Source: Tubulanus polymorphus (lineage: Eukaryota; Animalia; Nemertea). From it: a stretch of DNA of 64,000 nucleotides. The stretch covers positions 24,546,950 to 24,610,949 of the forward strand of contig NC_134029.1 of the NCBI RefSeq assembly GCF_964204645.1. The letters are read 5' to 3'. Shown piece after piece: positions 21,587 to 36,442 of the stretch. The notes under the pieces were generated by a model, which was given only the letters and a program-made list of their open reading frames with translations, was not told the origin of the DNA and searched no databases. Position 1 is the first letter of the stretch, and each line of letters starts with the position of its first letter. Position numbers and translations under genes: made by a program.

Positions 21587-23619
21587 TGTCGACCATAAAA
21601 ACAAACAAATACTTCGGAACTGAAATTATAAACACTGCTGTTGTCCGTCCACCATTTTAATTAGGTCACATGATCAACGTGCCGGGCATGTAAATGTACA
21701 GCCGGGATAGATTTCTATATCCACCACTCAGCTGGGATTCGAACCCAATAGTCTCACACGGGGTGGATGTTGTGAAGTCAGGCTGTATTTATAATAGGGC
21801 GGAGCAGCGGGAATTTTAACTAACTATTCGAGCATGCGCAGTGTGATGGGGATGGTTGAAATAAAAGGAGAAATAAAAAAATGACGCCGATCCTATCGGG
21901 CGCAATATTTATCGAAAGCAGCCCTACATATCCCATCGGCCGAGATGATAATGGAATTTCAAGAAAATTCGATCGTTAGGCGCGCGCTTGGACACTCATT
22001 GAAACCCGTGTGTCCAGTAAGTCTGTCCTAAACTTAAAGCTAAAAAATGATAATCAATTGTTTGGCACAGCGCCGAGGGCGATTTATTTGGCCTGAAAAA
22101 TATAGAAGCCTCCCAGGTGCATTTCCTGAATTCAACCAGTAAAATTTAACATTCAGCAACTCCTAAGAGTTACTACTGATTTTTTTCCAGAGTCTGGAAT
22201 CACATTGTTAAAAGATTCCGCTTGGCCCTGCCGTAACGCTACGAATAAACAACCGATTCAATATCTCACAGTGCACGGTTTCATAGAGCGCTACTGGGGT
22301 CAATCACCCAGTGGCCAGTGTTCCGTCAGATAAAACGAATTGAATTCAACGGTTTATTTTCAATATTGGACGCTAAAAGATTTGTACAATAACAGTAGAG
22401 CAGCAGTGACACGTGTGTAGATATAACTGTATTTCAGTCTGTACTTACAGGACTCGCCGAATATAATCTAAATGACGTGTTTATGGTTCAATGATTTTAC
22501 TATTCAAACAACAGTGGGCTTCGTTTTAGATCTATAACTATATACAAATTAGGCCATTTACATATATCACAGCATACCATCCAAAATAGGACCGGAACAC
22601 GACGAGTTTTTTCAGAAGGTAAGATACTACTATGATTACTGAAAATAAATTCATGTTTTGCAGATATTTTTTTCAAATTTGGGTCATGCTCAAGGACTAA
22701 CGAGGGCTGGTTCCATAGTCATGACTTAGACTTCAGACCGGTCTAAGACCATCTCAGTTCTATAGCCAATCTCGACTTAAGATCAATCTTTAAATTCAAG
22801 ACCGCTTTTGGAAAGTTTCGACTATGGAACTGGCCCCCAATGACATACTGCAAAGCTTTTGATTTAAGATTTAAGGCTTAGATTTAAGATTCAAGGCTTA
22901 AGATCAGTTTGTCTTAGTTGAATTCAAACTACCTAGCCATCTAACTCTAAACCAGTTGTTGCCATTGTGCATTGGGCCCAGTAGTAGGATTGTAGCCCTA
23001 GTTTTGTAACCGTCGTAAGCTATAGATACCGGTAAATATGGGTTCGAAGGAACCCGGTTATAAAAGCATTATTTTCTGTAGCCCGATCCACGCAATAAAC
23101 AGTGGCTCGCCTGGGATTAAAAAGCTATAAAGTTCACGCTTCACAAACATTTCTATTCAGAGTAGATATTTTTATAGAGCTCATAATACGGTAAAATATC
23201 ATTATTTATTACGTGGTATTTTATTCATTGATTGAACAACAAGTTATCGACAATTAATCGGTTTTTGGCGTTGAACGAATTCTTTAAGGCGCTCACGTGT
23301 TGTTTGAATTGTGTCTGGCAGGAATAAAATGTTGAATGTCAATGTTTAATACCGATATAATACAACACAATACAATATAGGCCTAATACACCTTGCAGTA
23401 CTAGTACTATATATCTCTTGTTCGCTTTGTTTGGGCGAATTTTTGTTTTTGTGCATCGGCGGTTTCTGAACTGCAGGGTACTGTTGGGTCTCCGAACTGC
23501 TGTGTTCAGTCAGAAAAACTTAATTATTTTCCCGGTAAAAACTGCAAAAGAGTAAAATCAAAGATTTAGCTTGTGAAGTTGTTGATTTGTTTATAGAGTT
23601 CTGTGAGCCGGAGCCGGTG
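21587..23619. promoter_or_regulatory. Divergent promoter region between SNX24 and the RCC1-repeat gene
   Basis: Head-to-head genes. E-box GTCACATGA at ~21665, GC box GGGCGGAG at ~21797, NRF1-like GCATGCGCA at ~21832, and a candidate 5'UTR donor AAG|GTAAGA at ~22618. Confidence 0.5.
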
Positions 23620-23791
23620 ATGATGTGGCAATCTGAGGGTGAATTGTTATGTTGGGGCTGCGGTGAATTTGGGCAACACGGACATCCACAAAGCGGCACC
23701 GTAGCAGCTGAAAACAGCCACGTTTCAGGATTAACTGATAAACGGATTAGGATTATCGCGTGTGGAGGCAGTCATACTATCGCTGTTACGG
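23620..23791 (+). CDS. RCC1-repeat (beta-propeller) protein, first recognisable coding exon
   Basis: MMWQSEGELLCWGCGEFGQHGH...KRIRIIACGGSHTIAVT is a classic RCC1 repeat (WG..G.FGQ.G; IACG..HT). It ends at a phase-1 donor G|GTAAGT. An acceptor TTTATAG at 23596 is in frame, so an upstream exon is possible. The family (HERC/SERGEF/RPGR/UVR8-like) cannot be resolved. Confidence 0.88.
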
Positions 23792-26700
23792 GTAAGTTTA
23801 ACTCGTTTATCATTTATCTGATATTTCAACGATCAATTCGTCCTGTGACGTCACAACAAAAATCTTTAGCGTGAAAACAGTCGAATAGAGATTATCCTAA
23901 TTTTTAAAGAAATATCGCGAGGTTTTCATAGCTATCAGGTATAGGATAGTTAGTTTCCTAATTTTCTGATGATTTTGTTGTGTGGCGGTAAAGATGCTCT
24001 AGGAGATGCTGCCTCGTGGTGTTAGATACAGACACTAATAGCAGCATGTTCCAGCCGCATCCTACCTACTCGTGCCATCTATCGCTTTATTCAGGAACAG
24101 GAATTAAACACAGGTCAGTTTTAATGTTATAGACTTGTTAAGTATTGTTTGACACATGGGCACTGTTTATACAGCAGGTCATTTGAGGGAGTGGGAGCCT
24201 GGTGGAGGGGCAGGTCGCGAGAGGGCAGGAGCCTGGTTCTGATTTTGTGGGCGAATGGACAGCGTATCACGATTTGTATCACGATTTTGGTTTTGATGAG
24301 AAAAGTGCGAATAAACTTTTTACTGATTCAGAAAATAATCAAAATTTATGGATTATTTTTCAGTTTCGTGTTGTATTTTTATAATGAATCTCACTGAGTC
24401 TTTAAAAATGGAAGCTTTAGTTGAATTAGTTGTAATATTTTCGGTTAAATGATCTGTTTGTGTCTCATAAAAACATATTATTCACCACTTCAGAGTTTAT
24501 ACGCATTTATTTGGGTAAACTGAAAATTAGAAAGATTTAAAACGCGTATTTCCAGAAACTTTAGAAACTTTACTACAACAATAAGAAGGAATGATGTGAA
24601 ACCAGATTGAAAGCGCGCGTGTCTTCAAGACATTTCATATATCAGCAATTTTCTCGAAGATTATTGCGCGATTTGTGAGGATATGCAGACGAGGAAGTGC
24701 CGGGGAGGGGGTGAATACGTGCTGGGATCTAGTGAATTCAACCTAATTAAGAAGCGCGCGCTAGAGGCCTTTAATTTACATGTATCTATAATCAGCCGAC
24801 AAACCACACGTAATTCTAACTGTTTTATTCCATCATCACCAGAATTAATCCACGCACGATCTCGTATCTAAATTGAGCTTATTTTCAGACCGGTAAAAGA
24901 CCGGTGCGGTCTGCTGCAATTAAACGTGCCATTTCTCTTACTAATTATCCCCCTCCTCATCCGCCTTCTCATCGCTGTTCGCTGAGATTTTTAGCTGTCA
25001 GAGAAATAGTTGATTAAAGGGCGGATCACGGACCGCGTTCTGGGGTTCAGTCGACGAATGGCATTTGTTTTTTTTTCACTCTTTCAAGTCATTCGTTTAC
25101 GACTTATTTTGAACAGAATTTCGGTGAAGTTTCACAAAAAAGTTCAACTCGAATTTTCGGTGTGATCTATATTGGTTAGACTTCATGTTTACAATGAGGA
25201 CAACAATTAAAACTTAACCGTTTTAGGCTTAAACTTTTTTTCGTGAAACTGGGCCCCTTAAACTCGAGTCTTGGTTGAATTTAAAGCTCAATGAAAAGAG
25301 TTGAATATCTATTTCCAAGTCATTAACACGTCGTTAAGTTAGTGCATGGACGTATAATCTAGTTTATACGTCCATGGTTTACCCGACACTAACCATGGAC
25401 GTATAAACTAGATTATACGTCCATGGGTAAACCGACAGTGGTCAAAATGTTACTTGATTTCACGAGAAAATAAATTCTTCTTTACACGATCGTAAATATT
25501 GCTTTAATACCTATGTTTATATATCTCACGTAAATATTTAGTAAGTACGTGTTATTGATATAGAGATATGTTTGTATTTATATGAACTAAATGCTCGTCG
25601 TTTATTCACAATATTTCAACCGTGAAATGTATAAGAATATTTTTCTTTCTACACGAGATTAATTCCAGCTTTGAAAAGATTTAATTTCAAATATAAACGA
25701 AATTCATTCCTTTGTTTGTGGATTAAATATGCACTAGTTTCTCGTTAGTTTTTATATTTCGCTTTAGACAATTTACGAATAACAGAAACAGATCGAGAGT
25801 TGTTTGGATCGTATTTCGTTATCAGCAGTTCTTTTATCATACAATATTCATTCTGTGTGTGTTTTTTAATTAGAAATCTATAATTTCTATATTTAACTCG
25901 TGTAATTATGAATAAAAGAAACTCTCCACACACACCACACTGTATCGCGTCTCGTGACTGATGTAATTAAAAACCCTCGTACTTGATTAGATTATTAACT
26001 TTTCATAGTTCATGTTACACTTGATAAAAGAATTCTAAGGATTTTCAAATTAGAGTAGTTTCTTTTTTAAACTTAAATGTTAAAATGTTACCGCAGTTTT
26101 AATGTCGCTGATCAATTTTCGGCTAAAATGACAGAATGACACGTCAGTTCGTCGTCGTGTTTAATGGGTATTATACGGACTAATGGGCGACGACGGAAAA
26201 TTGTTTAGAGTCACGAATCAAACTTCAAAAAGCGATAAAAACACCGCGGGTCACACAATACTTTTATTTCGACTACATTTTTCGAGTGCATTTTCATTTC
26301 GGATTTAAATTCACCGTCACTGCGGTCGTTTTCGAAATATTCCATGGCTCCGAATAAACGCAGACCGGTAAGGACCCGGAGCAGTCCTAGGTCAGTTTTA
26401 TCACTCCGACACAGACCCCGGAGCAGTCCTAGGTCAGTGTTATCGTACTGCGCAGTCAGTAATCAGCTCGGTGCAGCCCTGAACAGAATAGTCCTGTATC
26501 GCCGTGTTAAGCAGATCCGGTGACCTCAGTGTTGACGGTTTTTCTGATTTAACACGAAGTGTTTGAATTGAGAAGAGATGTTTAAATCGTTGCGGTTTTT
26601 TCTTGTATCGATCGCTGATGGGATGAGGAGGGAGGGGAGAGGGAGACGGGGAGGGGGGTATTTACTCTGGTTGATGTGGTTTGATTGAACATCTATAAAT

Positions 26701-27836
26701 CTCTATACTGATTACCACCCATTCTACAGAATAGACCGATCATCCACAACACAAAACGTCAAACTGTTCGGTGTAGATTTGAATTAAGCCGGCTTCATTT
26801 TGCCAACTATTGATTTCTAGTTTGATTCCCGATTGATACTTCGTGTCATCAGTACATATTCTAATTCATCCTGATCCTCGCTTGAAATAAGTCATCATTT
26901 TATTCCCCGATGTTTTTACTGTGAAGGATCATTTTCTGACAAGAAAATAAAGCCCTCTATAAGTGGCACTCGGCGGGTTGAAGGGTACAACAGACGTGTT
27001 CTCTTTTTGGAAATCATGATTATTCTATAAAACCAGATATCATCATTTTTCAAGGATATGAAAATAGCAGATATTTCTACTTAGGCTAATATAAAATAAT
27101 ACCTTGTTTCTCCTAATCGACCGGGCCATTTTATAAACTGCAATAAAATTTGCAATCAGTTCATTTCAATTCGTTGTTACGGTTCTCTTGATCATGATTT
27201 AATTAAGAAGTTATATACAGAGTAGATAGGCGACCGCGGCCGGGTCTCACTTGTAAGCTCAACAGTAATGAGATACAAGATATCCATTTTCTAACCTAAA
27301 ATAAGCAACTAATAATTCTATAAAGGATTAGATTCTTTCACAAAAAGTTACACAATTGTCGGAAAGAAATTATTAGTGCTTGACGTTTTATACAGTTTAA
27401 ACTGTTTGACACTTTGTACAGTTGTTTAGTGGTTGGACTCGATGTTTCTGATGTGTATCAATCATAATTTAAGTGGCGCAGATAGAAAGTGACCACTGTT
27501 CCCTCGAGGTTTCGTCCCCGCTGTTATTTCTGACACGTTACCGAAAAGCAATCCACGCATCAAACGTTCAAGAGAAATTAATCTCCATCTGGCGAATTTT
27601 CCTGGATTCTTCGATTTCACATTCTGGCGCCTTCGAAAGTTTTCTATAATCATCTGTGGTTTCATTAATTATGAATGAAAATTGAACGAAGTTCGCAGTC
27701 GTGAAGAGAGTGTTCGTTGTAAAATTCTGAAGCAGTTCTTCATTGAACATTTCTTACGAAAGGTTTTTTTATGAGCAAAATTAGAGCAAAAATGTCGAAA
27801 ATTACCCAAATCGCGGCTCGCTGCTAGCTCGACCAC

Positions 27837-28000
27837 ACCCCTAACCCTAGGTCGCCCACGACCCTAACCCTAGATTCGAACCCGGGCCGTTCAGTGTGCC
27901 AGTCGGGCATGCTAACCACTAGACCACCGATTCGTAGTGATCTATTGGGTTTGTAAGATTGGCTGGTCAGTGAGTGCGGTGACCGATGACTAGTCAGGTG
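27837..28000 (-). mobile_element. tRNA-related interspersed repeat with TTAGGG tail (copy 1)
   Basis: Minus strand: conserved leader (CTGACC...CTTACAAAC...CACTAC), A box TGGTCTAGTGG, B box GGTTCGAATCT, then TAGGGTTAGGG. Confidence 0.7.
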
Positions 28001-31000
28001 GTGTACACATCCGCTTTCCAAATCCATTTAATCAGCACCATCGCGATTTTAACTGCAGTTGTTGTTACTAGAATGACTGGTTAAACTCGGAGAGAGGATA
28101 CCCCCTCCCTCCCCCTCCCCCTACCTCCCCATCCCCTCGATTATACAGCTGCTGCAGTCGTATTACAGTTAGCTGCGGTATTTTTGCACCCGTGAATTAA
28201 TTCCCAGTTCTGTGCTGTTTGAAGAAGAGACGATTCTGCAGTATCGTTTGGCCGGAAAGAAATCTGCCTGTGTTCTGCGAAGCCTTTTAAATAATCGGTT
28301 GTATTCGCGGTATCCGGTGGGCGCTTGTTTGTGGTTAGCCACGACACAAAAGCCTTAGAAAGCGACGTTCTTCGTGTTTAGCGGCGATTGTGAACGACGC
28401 GCTGACAATAGAACTAAAGATGATTTGAAGAGAGGGAGAGAGAGAGGGAGAGAGAGGGAGAGAGCGTGTATTCATCAATGCACGTTTCATGGTCTTCATC
28501 CCGCAGGCATCGGGACTCTCTGTCTGACAATCCGGGCCCTTCGAGTGACTTTCATGCTTGTTTCAAAACGAGCTGTTTGCGACGCTTCGGAAAGACGACA
28601 AAATCCAGTTCCTGCACTAGTTATGAGTTTTCACTATAAATTCAGAGTCAAACTTTAAACCATAAAATGTGGAACTAGGTCAAGAACTGGAACTGGATCC
28701 AGAACTGCGGAATTGGATCCAGAACTGCGGAATTGGATCCAGAACTGCGGAATTGCATCCAGAACTGCGGAATTGCATCCAGAACTGCGGAATTGCATCC
28801 TGAACACAACTTTCGGTGGATGAAGTATATAGTCTTTTATTACTCTAAATTCAGTTTAGCAGTCATGAGTTTTATCTGAGTCTAATTCAGTTGTGTTGCG
28901 AAATGAATTCCTGGTGTGATAGATATATAGTATATGGTATCGTATTGAATCATGAACGTATAAACTGAGTCCATGATTGAACCCGCAGATCAGATCAACT
29001 AATGCTCGAATTATATCATTATATTTGTTTCGACTTCGAAAATTGTCATTCAATTCCCCGATAAACTGAATTAGCACCGATCAGTTTCTGCATTATTCTA
29101 ATTCATTCAGTATTATTTACATCTTGATTCCAGGAATCCTATTTTATATTCGTGTAATGATTATTTCAGTAATACTCGAAGTGAAGCTGATGCTGGAATT
29201 AATATTCCAGAAGTGGCATTTACTGTACTTCATATCCGCGAAAAGAACGCTATAAGCTTTTTTAATTTCGCTGCCTTCTTAGAAATATGGCATTTTCCCG
29301 GAGGTCATGTGTTCACGCAGTTGTAGTGGTAGGGTGATCTGTGGTATACTCAGCGCGGTTCGGGCAGCTTCAGGGCATGTTTCAGCATCGGGTTCCTGAT
29401 ATCGGATAAACCACAATCCACGCGTCGCTATTCTAAAACAAATCCGATTCTGCGTGAATTTTCTCGCTCAATTAATTAATTTTCTGAATGACCAGCGACA
29501 AATTCCCAGTTGTCCGAATCACAGATGGATCGGAATAAACTGACCTGTGGTCAAAGCGGTCACTATCAATTCGCTGATATCAGCTAAAGCTGTCTGCTGA
29601 TGAAATTAAGGCATTGTTAACAGTAGTCAATATTGGTTGAATTGATTGACGCGTCAGATCCGATACTGTCAAAAGATTTGATGAATTTAGAAATGTTTTT
29701 GACACATTTAATCTAGAATTGTCCTTATCCGGAAAAATCGGTAGAAATTCTCGATCGAAAATTGTCGCTCGATTCTGTTTTATCTCGATGAGGAAAATCT
29801 AGAAATCTAAAAATAGCTCTTTCTATCTGTCGTCAAGATAACGGGTTTGGCTCGACCGTGAAGGGAGAGGTTACTCTTTCTCACCTCCCTGGCTCGACCG
29901 TGGAGGAACCGGAAGAGGCCTCACCTCCCTGGCTCGACCGTGGAGGTACAGGGAGAGGTTACTCTTTCTCACCTCCCTGGCTCGACCGTGGAGGAACCGG
30001 AAGAGGCCTCACCTCCCTGGCTCGACCGTGAAGGTACAGGGAGAGGTTACTCTTTCTCACCTCTCTAGCTCGACAGTGGACGTCCAGTCTTTTTTTACTC
30101 ATCCCTGATAATGAGAAATAGCAGGTGTTTTAACAAAGTGCATGTGTGTTTTATTACTTATTGTTATGAAACGACAGTAAAACGGATCAAGTCTTCATCT
30201 GATATTCCTTTATTCAGCTGTTTCTCCATGCGATAGATAGTCTTTAATCTTGATTGAAAAAACGCCACAATATTATGAAGAAAAACTAAGAGCGTTGTTT
30301 AGACTCGATTCTACGACCCATTTTCAAAAACTAAGAGAGTAGTGACGTCTAGACTCGATTCTATGAGCCAGAGATTTGGGTGTAGCTTTTCTTTATAAAT
30401 TGTGGGTTGGAATTACGCACAGTCGGTAAATATTTTAGTTTGAAGATCGATGCAGTTTTGAATATTTATGTATGATACAGATCCTGGTCCTCCCTATCTG
30501 TAGAGAAGCGAACTTCAACTCGTAGGTTCTGACACCACCTCGGGCTAAACTCATTGAATTTCATTGCAACCAGAATCGATGTTTTGCAAATCATATTTCG
30601 AATGCGGAGAATAGAAAATCAACGTAATTTTTGCATGATTGCTCCTTTTTCCTACCATTAGATTCTGTCATGACGTTTTATGCAAACGTCTTTTGATAAG
30701 AGCAAAGGCTCGTCGTGGCTGTCGGTTCAACTGGTAATTGGTACAGACACCAGCCGAATTGCTCACGTCTCGCGTCGATACGAATTTATTATAGAAGATG
30801 CCAGAAAAATTTGATTGTTAATTTTCTACGATAAGGCACCAGGAATGAGGCTTGATGGGAAATCAGAACAGGCAGCGCTTCCATATTTTGGAATGACAGA
30901 AATTTTCATCATGTCCAAAAGAGAGCTCCATTTTCTCGACAATCTGTATAGAAATTAATTGAGTTCTTTGATCGATTTGAAGTGAAAAAATACTGGTTAG

Positions 31001-31697
31001 TTTAATGTCTTCATTTACCTTTGAATAACTACCAAACATTGTCGTTTTGTACGAGGCGTTCGGAGCGCAAAGACTCACTCAAAATCGTCGATTTTATCAA
31101 TCTGATTCATGATTGTTCTAACGATTTTGTTACAACGAATAGGAAATAAAGTAATTTTTTGTCAGGGATTCCTGTTTGGGGGGGGGGGGGGGCGGGTCAG
31201 AGAGAGAGGGAGCATTGGATGCATGGATATTCATTCTCTGAATTTTCCTGAATACTTCACACCCGCTCACCCGCTCACCGAATCGGCCGCCCACTCACCC
31301 GCTCTTCCACCCACTTATCCACCCGCTCACCCGTCCGCTTACCAGCTCTTCCACCCGCTTATCCACCCGCCCACCCGCTCGCCCTCTCACTCAGCGCTCT
31401 GTCGGCGGTGGATGTATTGTTTTTTGCGGTATTTTTCTATTATACTGTTCGGGTTTTGTTATAATCTGTCGGATTACTGATTCGCGTCGCAGTTTTACCG
31501 CTTCTCACCGTCACTAAATCTGTTCTTATAATTAAACAGATAAAAGCATTCGCTATCGGTGCTGCTGAAGCTGCTGAAGCTGCTGAAGCTGCTGAAGCTG
31601 CGGATGAGGGATACAGCGGAGTTTGATGATGAATCTAGTTTGTTTAGTAACCACAGTCTGAACACTAGTGATTAGTGATGATAAAACCATCCTCCCC

Positions 31698-31776
<79 letters not shown>

Positions 31777-32811
31777 CAGGGAAAAGATTCGCATTTTTCC
31801 GTGTGTAATTATGATTCATAAACGCGCCACTATTCCCACTCGAGTCCGACATCCCAGGTAAAATACCGCGCTCTGAATCCGTGGCGCGCCAGATCGTCGA
31901 ATCACAATCCACGTGATCGTCGTTTCTCGTCTCCGGTGAGCAGTTTGTTTATGAGGCGGCGATGATATAAAAACCGCAACTGTTCAGAAGGGAATTTCAT
32001 CATCAACATCAGACATTCAGAAAAACGACACCTTTTTGTCTTCTCGTCAGGAATCATATTTAATCAGTTCATTGAGGGAAATGTCGCCGATTGTGCGGCG
32101 ACATTTCCAAAGTATCATTACGAGAAATAATAATATCGTACTACATCTGTTTTAACGACAATCAGTGTCGAATCCGTATTTATAATTCATGTAGAATTTA
32201 TTCAAATTCATTTTGATTCGATAAAAGCTTTTGAAACTATTGTTCTTTTTTTATAATACGAAAATACATTAGACTAAATGGCGTGAATGGATTTCTCTGC
32301 TTCCCGTGTGGGACATTTTTCAATGTTTCTCTTTTTTTGTGATTGAACGGAAAAATAAAACCCACAATTTATTGTTCAATCGTCGCTTCCTACAAACACT
32401 AATTCAAGTTGCCTCGAAATAACAGAAACAACAGAAAATATCACAATAACGTTAAAACTGAAATTAAGATTAAAATTCGGGCCGGATGGAAAAAAAAGAA
32501 ACAGCCAGTTTTTATTCATTACAATGCTGGCCGTGTTTCAGTAAAACAGATGTTAATATCTATTGACATTATGCTGAAAGTTTTCGTTGCGGGTCTCGTT
32601 GACATTTCCGCCGTATCGTGAGGAGAGAGGGACAATACGGTGATCGCGTGCTGTATCAGGGTTGATCATTTGTCATCCACCTGTCACCTGACACACACAC
32701 ACACTCACACACACTGTGAGAGTGTTCACCATCATTAACAACAATCCCTTCAACCGCGCAGCCATGAACAGGTGTAACCTTCGGCGGGATGTGCTTGGAC
32801 TGGGGCCCTAC

Positions 32812-33060
32812 TCGAACCTGCAGTTGGCTGAGGCTGAGCTCGGACCTGCAGCTGACTGGGGCTGAGCCAGGACCTGCAGTTGGCTGGGGCTGAGACCTGC
32901 AGCTGGCTGGGGCTGAGACCTGCAGTTGGCTGGGTCTGAGCTCGGACCTGCAGTTGGCTGGGTCTGAGCTCGGACCTGCAGTTGGCTGGGGTTAAGCTCG
33001 GACCTGCAGTTGGCTGGGGCTAAGCTCGGACCTGCAGTTGGCTGGGGCTAAGCTCGGACT
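32812..33060. repeat. GC-rich minisatellite (~24-30 bp unit)
   Basis: CTCGGACCTGCAGTTGGCTGGGGCTGAG repeated ~9 times. Confidence 0.9.
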
Positions 33061-33567
33061 GACCAGCTCACATGTTGTGGTAAATGCGGCTTACACTGTA
33101 TTTAAAGAGATGCGAAGAACCCCCCGCGAAGCGTCTGGTCCGATTTTTCCATAATTCAGAAATCTGTTGACAGGTTGCAACGGTGAATCTTTTATGATGC
33201 CATTATCGAGATATGTAACACGCGAGGGGAGGGGAATCGATCGAGTCGTAAGGGTCGGGTTCAGGGGAAAGGGTCGGGGTCAGACCTGTCTCTACGCCTC
33301 GTGAAAAATTCAGTTTGACAAATATTCGACGATCAGTAATCTGTGATAGATGATGATTAATTCAATAAATGTCATATTCGATTGAATCTCCACTCTCAGG
33401 CGGAGGATATTTACGTGCAATCTCGACAGTGTTCCATGTTATACTCGACACTTTCCATTAACTCAACACCTTTAGTTCGAAAAAACCCCTCGATATTATA
33501 TTATTACATTACAAACAGTAGATATTGTCTATTTCATGAATTCGTTACCCATAAAACAGGGTAAATA

Positions 33568-34074
<507 letters not shown>

Positions 34075-34736
34075 GCATCAAATTCAAGCAGTTCTAATTA
34101 GAATAAATTTCTATTCTATAAAGTTTTATTCGTCATTTTATTAGTGTGAATTTCAGCGCGGTTGTTCTGCTGCTATGCCACGATGTGGTTTGTAGTAAAC
34201 TGATAGTTCATGATTAATGTCACTGGTTTCTGCTATATTTGTGTGAACTATGGACGCCTAATGTTATCCATCTGTTAGGAGTCATAAACCCGGACTAATC
34301 CACGGTAAATCCGTGAATTATTGCGTGTAATTCGCCCAAATGACCGGCTGTAATTATAGCCGTTGAGCTGAATGAATGAATGGCGCCTCGCATTATGTGT
34401 GCTATAAAAAATACCAGTCAATTATTGTCCATCCGTGAGACACAGAGTGTCCTGAACCCCGTGTATCTTTAGATAATCCTCATACGACCAGCTGTTTAAT
34501 ACGGCTCTCTATCTCCTCTCCCACTCTCTCCCCTCCCCTCCCCTCCCCTCCCCTCCCCTCCCCTCCCCTCACTCCCCTCTCCTCTCCCCTCTCTCTCTCC
34601 CCTCTCACTCCCTCCTCTCCCCTCCCTCACTCCCCTCCCCTCTTTCCCCTCCCCCTCTCCCTCCCTCCCTCGCTCCTCTCCCCCCTTCTCTCTCCTCTCT
34701 CTCAGCTCTCTTCCCCTCACTTCTTTCTCCCTCTCC

Positions 34737-34777
<41 letters not shown>

Positions 34778-36442
34778 CCTCTCTCTCTATCATGCTCAAT
34801 TTTGATAATCGGGGTTGTTTTACCTTAGAAGATAATTTAGTTATTTTGGCCGCGAGGTTATTGAATTAAGACCAGAATTTCATTAGACAGCAGGTATATC
34901 GGCGGGTTCTGTGTGACAGGATATTGGCTGTGAATCTCTCTCCTATCGATGAGATATCGACTCTTTCTATTCACTCTGTCTCATATGTGGTTTTTAGCCG
35001 GTAATTTCCTGGCTCACAAAATCCCACCTGATATTCATTCAGTTACCAGAATCCTCTTTCGGCATCTAATACGACATTTAACACGAGAGAGATCGATTGA
35101 TTTATTGCTCAGTCGCTTTTCATATACAATTAACGAGAAAATTCTATGAGAAATATCTGACATAATACGAAACATTTTACTGTTGGAGAATAACAAGAAA
35201 CCACGATCATGAGATATCTACTATTTTAGAAACCATTTCTCATTTTTCCCCCAGAAATCACAAAATGCTCGTATATCGAGTTTCTTCTGTCGAGTTTCCT
35301 TCAACGCAATGCGGTCAAGACAAAGACTCTCGATCGCATATATTCCGCGCTCAATATCTATTTTTGGAGGGAATAGTTTCTGGTGATGTTTCTAGTTGTC
35401 CGAGAGTTGAACGTCATCCTCCTTCTTCTTGTCATCTTCCTCTTCTCTGTTATTTGAAACTTGTCCACAGACATCTTTTACATCGTTTGCATGTATGTTA
35501 TATTTTTTGTATTACCATGTTTTTCAGTCATTACTCATGAGTGACTGTTTTATCGCGGGTATATAATTAATACACCGGGTCCTGCTGCCTGTTTCGGATA
35601 CGTGGAAATAGTAAGAAACACAAGATGTTCGATAACCAATAAACCTATACTTCAAATGATAGAAACATAGCGAATTTACTAGAAAAACGAGTCCGAAATG
35701 TTTCCTTGAGCATATATCAGTTTCGACTATATCCTTATAGTCATCTTCGGGAATACTACAACTAAGATGACTATTAGGATATAGTGATATAGCCAAAACG
35801 TTTTTTCTTTTATACTGTGAGATTTTATCGTGTATTGTCTTAACGACACGGATTCTGGGCGTTTCATCGACATTAATTGTTAATATTCAAAACTCTGACA
35901 AAAAGAACAAAAACAGAAGTTAATGTTCAGAAGAGTTATCGTTGTGATACTGGTTCCTCTGTGCTCGCTGCAGCTGCTGCTGCTGCTGCTGCTGTCTCCG
36001 CTACTATTACACGACGACATCGAGTCACATCTCGTTGTACTCATTATATCACAGCTCGCCTGTGATTGGTCGATGCTCTGATACTGGTGACGACCTCCGC
36101 CCTCTCTCTCATGAACTTCGCTCCGCTGCGGCTTCGACGCATAATTTTATCTGGCAACCCAATAAAATGCGCGGAATCTGATTATCATCCGTTAAATAAG
36201 TCTTTTATGTTGTCGTCAGTAGCAGAGATCTGATAGAAAACGATTCGCTGTTAATAATGTTTCTACTGCAACCAAACCTCTGAGCAGAACCTTAACAAAA
36301 CCCCAGCAAACCCCAGTTTATTTATAGCGAGCCTAGCGGGGCGATTCATCTTTATTCCGAAAAAAAGAAAAATATATTTTCACCTAAAAGACATTAATTA
36401 TACGAAATAAGAAATTCGCTGCAACCACAACCCTGTTACCCA

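Noticed and set aside
23990-24400. GC-rich stretch with a possible donor (~24113) and acceptor (~24177) after RCC1 exon 1
   Set aside because: Translations show no RCC1 or other recognisable motif and stop quickly; an exon cannot be supported without RNA data.
27837-28000. CTAACCCTAA-type words suggesting a telomerase RNA template, or a functional tRNA
   Set aside because: It is a multi-copy diverged repeat. The Pol III boxes would transcribe the G-rich strand rather than a template, and the cloverleaf is incomplete.
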